Under the pieces are notes generated by a model. The model did not search any database. It was not told the origin of the DNA and saw only the letters and a list, made by a program, of their open reading frames with translations. Positions 18,139-26,095 of a stretch of DNA of 64,000 nt are shown piece after piece; position 1 is the first letter of the stretch, and each line of letters opens with the position of its first letter. This DNA is from Methylococcales bacterium (GTDB taxonomy: Bacteria; Pseudomonadota; Gammaproteobacteria; Methylococcales; Methylomonadaceae). Location of the stretch: positions 1 through 64,000 of the forward strand of contig JAPLRZ010000063.1 of the NCBI GenBank assembly GCA_026398895.1. The letters are read 5' to 3'. A program made the position numbers and the translations under genes.

Positions 18139-21100
18139 ATGCACAACCAGCAAACACTTACCATTGATGGCAACCAAGCGGCGGCGAGTATCGCGCACAA
18201 ACTCAATGAAGTTATAGCCATTTATCCGATAACACCGTCGTCCAATATGGGCGAATGGGCGGATGAATGGTCAGCAAAAGGGCAGACTAATTTGTGGGGA
18301 ACAGTGCCGCAAGTTGTCGAAATGCAGAGTGAAGCAGGGGTAGCAGGTGCTATTCATGGCGCGTTACAAGCGGGTTCTTTAGCAACCACCTTCACCGCCT
18401 CGCAAGGTTTATTGTTGATGTTGCCCAATATGTACAAAATTGCGGGCGAATTATCACCCGCAGTATTTCATATTGCGGCGCGTTCTTTAGCGTGTCAGGG
18501 CTTGTCTATTTTTGGCGATCACAGTGATGTGATGTCAGCACGGATGACGGGCTTTGCCATGTTATGTTCCAACTCACCGCAAGAAGCAATGGATTTTGCT
18601 CTGATTGCTCATGCGGCAACCTTAGAAAGTCGCGTACCGTTCATGCACTTTTTTGATGGTTTTAGAACCTCACATGAAGTGGCAAAAATTGTCGATATTG
18701 ATGATGATGTAATACGCGCCATGATTAATGAGGATTGGGTAACAGCGCATCGTAGCCGTGCGTTAACCCCTAATAATCCTGTGTTACGCGGTACGGCACA
18801 AAATCCAGATGTGTATTTTCAGGCACGCGAAACGGTGAATTCGTTTTATAACGCCTTGCCTGCTATTGTTCAAGCGACCATGAATCGTTTTGCTGAACTC
18901 ACAGGTCGGCAGTATCGTTTGTTTGATTATATCGGCGCGGAAAATGCAGAACGTGTGATTATCATCATGGGTTCAGGTGCGACAGCCGTGGAAGAAACCC
19001 TGAATTATCTGAATGCCCACGGTGAATCGGTAGGCGTGTTGATTGTCCGTTTATATCGCCCATTGGATGCTAAGACACTATTAGCCGCATTACCTGCCAC
19101 GGTGCGTAAAATTGCGGTATTAGATCGTACTAAAGAACCAGGTGCAGACGGCGAACCGCTCTATAAAGATGTATTGGGTGCTATTGCTCAAGATTTTATT
19201 AGCGGCGGTGCGAAATTTCCGATATTGCCGAAAATCGTCGGTGGTCGTTATGGTTTGTCATCTAAAGAGTTCACTCCCGCGATGATTAAAGCGGTTTATG
19301 ATGAACTGAAAAAAGACCAACCTAAAAATGATTTCACTATCGGTATTTATGATGATGTCACTCACACCAGTTTAGACTGGGATACAAATTTTCGCACGGG
19401 TGCTAATGCGGATACTATTCAAGCCATGTTCTACGGTTTGGGCAGTGACGGCACGGTGGGTGCGAACAAAAACACCATCAAAATTATCGGTGAAGATACC
19501 GATTTACACGCGCAAGGTTATTTTGTTTATGACTCAAAAAAATCGGGTGCAGTTACGGTCTCGCATTTGCGTTTTGGTAAGAATCCGATTCAATCCAGCT
19601 ATTTAATTAGCGACAACGATGCTAATTTTATCGGCTGTCATCAAACCATTTTTTTACAGCGTTACAATATGCTCGATAACGCGGCAGATAATGCGGTGTT
19701 TTTGCTCAATTCACCAGAACCAGCGGATAAAGTTTGGGATTCGCTACCCGCCAAAATGCAGCAACAAATGCTGGCGAAAAATATTCGTTTTTATGTGATT
19801 GACGGTTATGCAGTCGCGGAAAAAACGGGCATGGGTAAGCGTATCAACACCATCATGCAAACCTGTTTCTTTGCAATTTCTGGCGTGTTACCACAAGAGC
19901 TAGCGATAGCCGCCATTAAACACGCAGTAGAAAAAACTTATGGAAAAAAAGGTCAACGCATCGTCGAATTGAATTTTCAGGCAATTGATGAAACGCTGGC
20001 GAGCTTGAATTCTGTGCCATTGCCTATTCAAGTCAGTAGCACGTTTGATATAGTTTCTGTGATTAAAGACACCGCGCCTGAGTTTGTGAAACGAGTGACG
20101 GGCGAAATTATCGCAGGGCGTGGTGATTTACTGCCCGTCAGTGCAATGCCGATTGATGGCACATTCCCAGTCGGTACAGCAGCGTTTGAAAAACGTAATC
20201 TTGCTTTAGAAATTCCTGTATTGGAAACCGATTTATGTACCCAATGCGGTAAGTGTGCGATGGTTTGCCCTCATGCCGCGATTCGTAGCAAAATCTATCC
20301 GACTGAATTATTAGCGGATGCTCCCGCCACCTTTAAACACGCAGCTATGCTGGGCAAAGATTTTCCTGCGGGTTTATCGATGACTTATCAAGTCGCGCCC
20401 GAAGATTGTACAGGCTGTACCTTATGCGTGGATATTTGCCCGATTCGTGATAAATCCAACGCCAGCCGTAAAGCCTTAAACATGAGTCCACAACCTGCGT
20501 TGCTGGAAGCTGAGCGCGAAAATTGGGATTTCTTTTTAAATATCCCTGAATACGATAGAACGAAGTTAAAAACCAACACCATTAAAGGCGTGATGGTTCT
20601 GCAACCGTTGTTTGAATTTTCGGGCGCGTGTGTCGGTTGTGGTGAAACTCCGTATTTAAAACTGGCTTCGCAATTATTTGGTGATCGCATGGTGATTGCT
20701 AATGCCACGGGCTGTTCATCGATTTATGGCGGTAATTTACCGACTACGCCTTGGACTAAAAACGCCGAAGGTCGTGGTCCTGCATGGAATAATTCCTTGT
20801 TTGAAGACAATGCCGAATTTGGTTTAGGAATGCGGGTGTCTATTGATAAGCACGCAGAACAAGCCAGTGAATTATTAGCGTCATTGAGTAATTCGCTTGA
20901 TGATGAGCTAGTCTATGCTATTTTAAATGCTGACCAATCCAATGAAGTGGGTATTCATGAACAACGTGAACGTGTGGCAGAACTCAAACAAGCACTCAGC
21001 AACACGACAACTCCAGCAGCAAAAACCTTAATCCAACTCGCCGACAATCTATGCAAAAAAAGCGTGTGGATTATCGGTGGTGACGGTTGGGCTTATGATA

Positions 21101-21777
21101 TTGGTTTTGGTGGTGTTGACCACGTTCTTGCTAGTGGTCGCAATGTCAATATTTTGGTGTTAGATACCGAAGTGTATTCCAACACAGGCGGGCAAACTTC
21201 AAAATCCACGCCCTTAGGCGCAGTTGCTAAATTCTCCGCTGGCGGTAAAGCCACTGCGAAAAAAGACCTAGCCTTATTAGCAATGGATTACGCGAATGTC
21301 TATGTGGCGCATATTGCCTATGCAGGTAAAGATGTACAAACCCTGAATGCGTTTATCGAAGCTGAAGCCCATGATGGTCCATCTATTATTATTGCTTACG
21401 CGCCTTGTATTGCACACGGTGTAGACTTGTCCAACAATCACCGTCAACAAAATCTAGCGGTAAAAAGTGGGCATTGGCCATTATTCCGTTTCAATCCAAA
21501 CAAGATAAAACAGGGTAAAAATCCGATGCAGTTGGATTCCGCTGAGCCGTCTATTCCTTACCGCGATTTTGTTAAAACCGAAACCCGTTTCAGTATGTTA
21601 TGGCAAAGTCATCCCGAAGATGCGGAACGCTTTTTAGCCCAAGCGCAACAAGATGTGAAAAATCGCTATCACTATTACAAACAACTGTCTGAACTGGCAT
21701 GGAATGAAACCACCAGCGTCTCGGCAATCAAAGTCCAATTAAAAACTGACAGTGCAAAGGAGCAAAACAATGGTTGA
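18139..21777 (+). CDS. nifJ: Pyruvate:ferredoxin (flavodoxin) oxidoreductase, homodimeric NifJ type
   Basis: About 1210 aa. The N-terminus MHNQQTLTIDGNQAAASIAHKLNEVIAIYPITPSS matches PFOR domain I. Two ferredoxin-type Cys motifs are present (CTQCGKCAMVCPHAAIR; CTGCTLCVDICP). The TPP-binding domain carries GGDGWAYDIG and CVGCGETPY. The start was chosen at ATG 18139, which has an aagagg RBS. The ORF tool's 18079 start precedes the conserved N-terminus. Confidence 0.85.
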   Translation: MHNQQTLTIDGNQAAASIAHKLNEVIAIYPITPSSNMGEWADEWSAKGQTNLWGTVPQVVEMQSEAGVAGAIHGALQAGSLATTFTASQGLLLMLPNMYKIAGELSPAVFHIAARSLACQGLSIFGDHSDVMSARMTGFAMLCSNSPQEAMDFALIAHAATLESRVPFMHFFDGFRTSHEVAKIVDIDDDVIRAMINEDWVTAHRSRALTPNNPVLRGTAQNPDVYFQARETVNSFYNALPAIVQATMNRFAELTGRQYRLFDYIGAENAERVIIIMGSGATAVEETLNYLNAHGESVGVLIVRLYRPLDAKTLLAALPATVRKIAVLDRTKEPGADGEPLYKDVLGAIAQDFISGGAKFPILPKIVGGRYGLSSKEFTPAMIKAVYDELKKDQPKNDFTIGIYDDVTHTSLDWDTNFRTGANADTIQAMFYGLGSDGTVGANKNTIKIIGEDTDLHAQGYFVYDSKKSGAVTVSHLRFGKNPIQSSYLISDNDANFIGCHQTIFLQRYNMLDNAADNAVFLLNSPEPADKVWDSLPAKMQQQMLAKNIRFYVIDGYAVAEKTGMGKRINTIMQTCFFAISGVLPQELAIAAIKHAVEKTYGKKGQRIVELNFQAIDETLASLNSVPLPIQVSSTFDIVSVIKDTAPEFVKRVTGEIIAGRGDLLPVSAMPIDGTFPVGTAAFEKRNLALEIPVLETDLCTQCGKCAMVCPHAAIRSKIYPTELLADAPATFKHAAMLGKDFPAGLSMTYQVAPEDCTGCTLCVDICPIRDKSNASRKALNMSPQPALLEAERENWDFFLNIPEYDRTKLKTNTIKGVMVLQPLFEFSGACVGCGETPYLKLASQLFGDRMVIANATGCSSIYGGNLPTTPWTKNAEGRGPAWNNSLFEDNAEFGLGMRVSIDKHAEQASELLASLSNSLDDELVYAILNADQSNEVGIHEQRERVAELKQALSNTTTPAAKTLIQLADNLCKKSVWIIGGDGWAYDIGFGGVDHVLASGRNVNILVLDTEVYSNTGGQTSKSTPLGAVAKFSAGGKATAKKDLALLAMDYANVYVAHIAYAGKDVQTLNAFIEAEAHDGPSIIIAYAPCIAHGVDLSNNHRQQNLAVKSGHWPLFRFNPNKIKQGKNPMQLDSAEPSIPYRDFVKTETRFSMLWQSHPEDAERFLAQAQQDVKNRYHYYKQLSELAWNETTSVSAIKVQLKTDSAKEQNNG

Positions 21778-22783
21778 TTTAACGACTACTTACCTCGGTT
21801 TAAAACTGGCGCATCCACTGGTGCCATCATCTTCACCGTTCAGTAAAGATGCTGCTTCTGCCAAACGTTTGGAAGATGCAGGCGCGTCTGCCATTGTTAT
21901 GCACTCGTTATTTGAAGAAAAAATTGAATCTGAAGCGCAACAAATGGATCGGTTCTTTTTTCAACAAGCACTAGGCACAGGCGAAGCCGATTCATTTCAC
22001 CCTGTTCCCCATAACATTAAATCTTATCAAGAACAGTATTTAGAAAATCTACGAGCTGTTAAATCCAGCCTAGATATTCCTGTGATTGCCAGTTTAAACG
22101 GTTCATCATTAAGTGGCTGGATAGACTACAGCACTCACTTACAACAGGCGGGAGCGGATGCGCTGGAGTTAAACATCTACCATCTTGCTGCTAATGTTAA
22201 CGATAGTAGCGAAGTGGTCGAAAATAATTATGTGGAAATTTTGCAGGCGATAAAAAAGCACGTCAGCATCCCGATTACCATGAAATTGTCGCCACAATTT
22301 AGTTCGCCTGTGCATTTTATTAAACGCTTAGAAACGGCGGGCGCAAATGGGGTAGCAATTTTTAACCGCTTTTATCAGCCTGATATAGACTTGGAAACGC
22401 TGGATGTTATTCCCAAACTGGAACTATCTACTGCGTCAGAAGCTTTATTACGCGTGCGCTGGACGGCGTTATTATATGGACGCGCCAATTTATCATTGGC
22501 AGTTACAGGCGGCTTTCATCAAACTGATGATGTTATCAAAGCCTTGTTAGCGGGTGCGGATGTGGTGCATTTATGCAGTGTGCTATTAAAAGAAGGCACG
22601 GGACGACTCACGCAAATGCGCGATGAGTTAGAACAGTGGCTGATTGAACATGAATACCAGTCTATACAACAACTCAAAGGCAGTGTCAGCCAACAACACG
22701 CCATTGATCCCAGTGCCTACGAACGCGCTAATTATGTGCAGGTGTTAGATAGTTACAGCAGTCCAAAAGGCGTGTTGCGGTAA
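21770..22783 (+). CDS. Dihydroorotate dehydrogenase-like TIM-barrel flavoprotein (PyrD family 1-like), translationally coupled to nifJ
   Basis: MVDLTTTYLGLKLAHPLVPSSSPFS... resembles the class-1 DHOD N-terminus (tfaGlklknPv..aSG), with a C-terminal GG-rich FMN-binding region (AVTGGFHQTDDVIKALLAGAD). An aaggag RBS is present. The ATG overlaps the last codons of nifJ. Confidence 0.65.
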   Translation: MVDLTTTYLGLKLAHPLVPSSSPFSKDAASAKRLEDAGASAIVMHSLFEEKIESEAQQMDRFFFQQALGTGEADSFHPVPHNIKSYQEQYLENLRAVKSSLDIPVIASLNGSSLSGWIDYSTHLQQAGADALELNIYHLAANVNDSSEVVENNYVEILQAIKKHVSIPITMKLSPQFSSPVHFIKRLETAGANGVAIFNRFYQPDIDLETLDVIPKLELSTASEALLRVRWTALLYGRANLSLAVTGGFHQTDDVIKALLAGADVVHLCSVLLKEGTGRLTQMRDELEQWLIEHEYQSIQQLKGSVSQQHAIDPSAYERANYVQVLDSYSSPKGVLR

Positions 22784-22807
22784 TTAAAGACGTTTTTAGG
22801 GTGATGA

Positions 22808-22838
22808 ACAGTAGGGGCGGATTAATCCGCCCCTACTG
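22808..22838. terminator. GC-rich hairpin GTAGGGGCGGATTAATCCGCCCCTAC followed by a T-run (rho-independent terminator / REP-like element, copy 1)
   Basis: A perfect 11-bp stem is followed by tgttttct, about 25 nt after the DHOD-like stop. A near-identical element lies at 25264-25292. Confidence 0.55.
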
Positions 22839-23161
22839 TTTTCTAGGCTTTCAGCGCGGGGCGGGTTATTCAACCCGCTCCAGATATTTGAATTCTAGTA
22901 TAACGCTCAACACAATACCACAGCCAAAACGTTGCGACTGGGTATATACCCAGTCGCGCTTCGTTATCACGTCTTATGTATATTGTAGGGTATGCAAAAA
23001 GCAAGACAACCTTATATAAATGTGATATATGTATATTAATATTTTTTCTGTCTAAACCACTGCAAAATTCATGTGTCGCGGCACGTTTTTTGAAATATTC
23101 CTGTTCATCCCCTGATAGCGCGTTCAAGAAAACTTGACCACCACACATAACTATTTTAAAT

Positions 23162-24193
23162 ATGAATATCCCCCCTAAACAACCATCACAAGTTGTCCCG
23201 ACTAATACCACGGAGGAACTCATAATTGCGAACAAAGAACTAGCTTTTCAGAACGAAGAGAAGGAAAAGCGTGCAGAAGAACTTGTAATTGCGAACAAAG
23301 AACTAGCTTTTCAAAACAAAGAGAAAGGAAAGCGTGCAGAAGAACTTGTAATTGCGAACAAAGAACTAGCTTTTCAGAACAAAGAGAAAGGAAAGCGTGC
23401 AGAAGAACTTGTAATTGCGAACAAAGAACTAGCTTTTCAAAACAAAGAGAAAGGAAAGCGTGCAGAAGAACTTGTAATTGCGAACAAAGAACTAGCTTTT
23501 CAAAACAAAGAGAAAGGAAAGCGTGCAGAAGAACTCATAATTGCGAACAAAGAACTAGCTTTTCAAAACGAAGAGAAGGAAAAACGTGCAGAAGAACTTG
23601 TAATTGCGAATAAAAAATTGCAGAGTTCCCTTTTTCAAACTATTTCATTAGCAAGACAATTGGGTGAAATGCGAGATCCCTATACTGCTGGTCACGAAGA
23701 AAATGTCGGCAAATTAGCAGCAGCAATCAGTGCTGAACTTGGTTTTGACCTATATTCTCAAGAAGGTGTTCTTATCAGTGGCTATTTGCACGATCTTGGC
23801 AAAATAATCATCCCTACTGAAATTCTATCTAAGCCATCAAAGCTAAGTAATGAAGAATACGCTCTAATTAAGCTCCATGTTGAGGCAGGTTATGCCGTTC
23901 TCAAAGATGTTGATTTTCCATGGTCAATCGCACGGGCAGTGCGAGAACATCATGAGCGAATGGATGGAAGTGGCTATCCGTATGGTCTTAGTGGCGACGA
24001 AATTTCAATTGAAGGGCGAATTCTGAGTGTAGCGGATACAGTTGACGCAATAACATCACATCGCCCATATCGTGCAGGGTTAGGTATAGAAGCCGCACTC
24101 AATGAGATAAAGCGTGGTTCTGGAAGTCAATATGACACAACTGTAGTTAATGCCTGTATAAAATTATTTAGCGAAAAGGGTTACGAAATATAA
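23162..24193 (+). CDS. HD-GYP domain c-di-GMP phosphodiesterase with an N-terminal 21-residue tandem-repeat coiled-coil region
   Basis: The C-terminal HD-GYP signature: YLHDLGKIIIP (HD), HHERMDGSGYPYGL (GYP). The N-terminal half consists of about 6.6 tandem copies of EELVIANKELAFQNKEKGKRA. Confidence 0.7.
   Translation: MNIPPKQPSQVVPTNTTEELIIANKELAFQNEEKEKRAEELVIANKELAFQNKEKGKRAEELVIANKELAFQNKEKGKRAEELVIANKELAFQNKEKGKRAEELVIANKELAFQNKEKGKRAEELIIANKELAFQNEEKEKRAEELVIANKKLQSSLFQTISLARQLGEMRDPYTAGHEENVGKLAAAISAELGFDLYSQEGVLISGYLHDLGKIIIPTEILSKPSKLSNEEYALIKLHVEAGYAVLKDVDFPWSIARAVREHHERMDGSGYPYGLSGDEISIEGRILSVADTVDAITSHRPYRAGLGIEAALNEIKRGSGSQYDTTVVNACIKLFSEKGYEI
23213..23630 (+). repeat. In-frame tandem 63-bp DNA repeat (about 6.6 copies) inside the HD-GYP gene
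   Basis: The unit is gaagaacttgtaattgcgaacaaagaactagcttttcaaaacaaagagaaaggaaagcgtgca. Copies 2-5 are nearly identical at the DNA level. Copies 1 and 6 are a variant encoding ...NEEKEKRA. Confidence 0.85.
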
Positions 24194-24477
24194 AAATTTA
24201 GTGGGATTAAAAACAAGCTTGGATTGAAGCCAACGAAGAAATTACCGCGCCTGTTACCCACGTTGTCGAAACTGAAACGACACGCGGTAGTCGTAGTGTT
24301 AACGTTCAACAACCTACTCAATAAGTTATTCAAAACTTTGCTAATTTACAAGATACGATTAAGGTGTTTGCGGTTTATACTTTGAATTCGATTAAAGAAA
24401 TTTCTAATGCGAATGTGGATAAAGTCACTTTGGAGTTTGGCGTTTATATTGGCGGTGAAGCGGGGATTCCTTATATT

Positions 24478-24680
24478 ACTAACCTTTGGTGCTAGTTTAA
24501 ATTAAGCAGCTAAAACAGTAAGCGATTGTTTTTAATGGAGTCCAATAGCTTTAGCTATTGCTGATTTGTAAAAAGCTGAAGCTTTTTGACTCCTATTCCC
24601 TTCTAATAGCGGTAAACAAAAAAATGTTTTAATCACAACACATTGATTTATTTTGTTTATTTTTAACCGTGCAGTGTTCG
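24478..24680. mobile_element. MITE-like element copy A (truncated, inverted relative to copy B at 59763-59963)
   Basis: Reverse-complement identity over about 180 bp with 59790-59960, apart from a 6-bp indel and a few substitutions. Only one TIR end (aacctttggtgctagtt) is recognisable. Confidence 0.5.
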
Positions 24681-24762
24681 TTTAAAGCACTAGAAAATTA
24701 ATCAATGGCGGTAAACGTTCCGCAAAAATGGACTGTCTACTAAGATTGTAGTCAGTCCATAA

Positions 24763-25026
24763 TCATGAATTTTCTAGCGATAGTGTGCTGTCCTCGTCAC
24801 TAATCTCTTCTTCTGGTTCTTCTAGTTTTTCGCGTAATTCATAAAGATAGATGGTCGCACCTATGACTGCCGCAGCGCCGATGATGATATTTAACACAGG
24901 CAGTGTTAAGCCTAGCATAACAATTCCACCAAAACTCAACACCCCAAAACGTGCTGTTTTTAGCAAGTCTTTTTGTTCAACAAATAACAAGCCTTGGTTT
25001 TCTAATGGGTATGCCATAAATTCCAT
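24763..25026 (-). CDS. Hypothetical small membrane protein
   Basis: An 87-aa ORF with two predicted TM helices and an acidic C-terminus. No motif was recognised. It lies in a decayed region and may be spurious. Confidence 0.25.
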   Translation of the reverse strand: MEFMAYPLENQGLLFVEQKDLLKTARFGVLSFGGIVMLGLTLPVLNIIIGAAAVIGATIYLYELREKLEEPEEEISDEDSTLSLENS

Positions 25027-25229
25027 TGCTAAACAACACGACTATCATGCGTCAGGATGCGTACGCGCTTGCTAATCTGCGAGTAGGTTATGAGCAAAAA
25101 AATTACAGTGTTTATCTGTTTGCCAAAAACATCACCGACACCCATTATTACAGCTACAAAACCGACAGTGTGCGTGGCGTACCTAGCGATCCCAGATTGT
25201 TTGGTGTGCGTTTAGCGGTTAATTTTTGA
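25026..25229 (+). pseudogene. TonB-dependent outer-membrane receptor, C-terminal fragment only
   Basis: The translation ...ANLRVGYEQKNYSVYLFAKNITDTHYY...PRLFGVRLAVNF shows a TonB-dependent-receptor C-terminal beta-barrel signature with the terminal aromatic residue F. No upstream plug or barrel is present, so this is a gene remnant. Confidence 0.6.
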
Positions 25230-25263
25230 TTTTTTGTAATTACTCAGCAAACGGTAGGATGTA

Positions 25264-25292
25264 ATGGCTTGTAGGGGCGAATAAATTCGCCC
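25264..25292. repeat. GC-rich hairpin GTAGGGGCGAATAAATTCGCCCCTAC (REP/terminator-like, copy 2)
   Basis: Same stem sequence as 22808-22838 with a variant loop. Located just after the TonB-receptor remnant. Confidence 0.5.
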
Positions 25293-25609
25293 CTACTTTG
25301 AACTACAGCGAAAGTCCTAACCCTGTGCTTATGTTAGCCGTAAGGAGAAAACTTATGCTTTCCACACTATTCAATATCGCAAAATCTGGGGCAAATCTAC
25401 TGCAAGCGGCTATCCCGATGGGTATCAAGTCCATGCGTTTCTAGCGTTAAATCCCGATGCCCGTTTTTGTTATGCAGACCTCAAAGCCTGTAACGAGGAT
25501 TTTTCTGCGTTGGCAAAAACCTTGCAAAATAACCAGACGATTAGAACTCGCTAAAAATGTTTAGGGCTACCATTTTTTGAACTCGAAACGGAGACCATAA
25601 ATTGCGTTT

Positions 25610-26095
25610 CTACGCCTCTTTGGCTTTTCCTAAGCCAAAAGATTCAAGTAACATCAACGCTACGCCCAATGTAATTGCTGAATCGGCAATATTAAATGCG
25701 GGCCAGTGCCAAGTGCCATAATAGACATCGAGAAAATCGATGACGTAACCGTAAGCTAAACGGTCAATTAGATTGCCGATTGCGCCACCCAACACTAGCG
25801 ATAACGCAATGGCTAATAAGGTTTCGTGTTTTTGCAAACGACTGAGCCAGACGGCGATGATTATACTAATTCCTAAGGCTAAGCCTGCAAAAAACCAGCG
25901 TTGCCAACCACCCGCTTCACTTAAGAAACTAAACGCTGCGCCTGTGTTGTGAACATAAGTAATCTTAAAAAATGGCAATACGGGTATAGATTGATAAAGC
26001 TGCATCGAGCTATCGATGATTAATTTACTGCCTTGATCCAACACAATTGCCAACAGTGATAAACCTAACCATTTTAACATCGTAAAATCACGCAT
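25610..26095 (-). CDS. lspA: Lipoprotein signal peptidase (signal peptidase II)
   Basis: Conserved LspA blocks: [33 protein letters not shown]. The ATG at 26093-26095 overlaps the last ileS codons, the classic ileS-lspA arrangement. A longer GTG start at 26110 is possible. Confidence 0.85.
   Translation of the reverse strand: MRDFTMLKWLGLSLLAIVLDQGSKLIIDSSMQLYQSIPVLPFFKITYVHNTGAAFSFLSEAGGWQRWFFAGLALGISIIIAVWLSRLQKHETLLAIALSLVLGGAIGNLIDRLAYGYVIDFLDVYYGTWHWPAFNIADSAITLGVALMLLESFGLGKAKEA

Noticed and set aside
23213-23630. Regularly spaced 63-bp direct repeats, which could superficially suggest a CRISPR array.
   Set aside because: The repeats are contiguous with no spacers, maintain an open reading frame, and encode a coiled-coil peptide fused to an HD-GYP domain. 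This is a coding tandem repeat, not a CRISPR array.
24194-24478. Possible C-terminal coding fragment (...KVTLEFGVYIGGEAGIPYITNLWC) running from the HD-GYP stop to the MITE boundary.
   Set aside because: No start codon, RBS or recognisable domain. It may be a remnant of a gene truncated by MITE insertion, but the evidence is too thin to call a feature.
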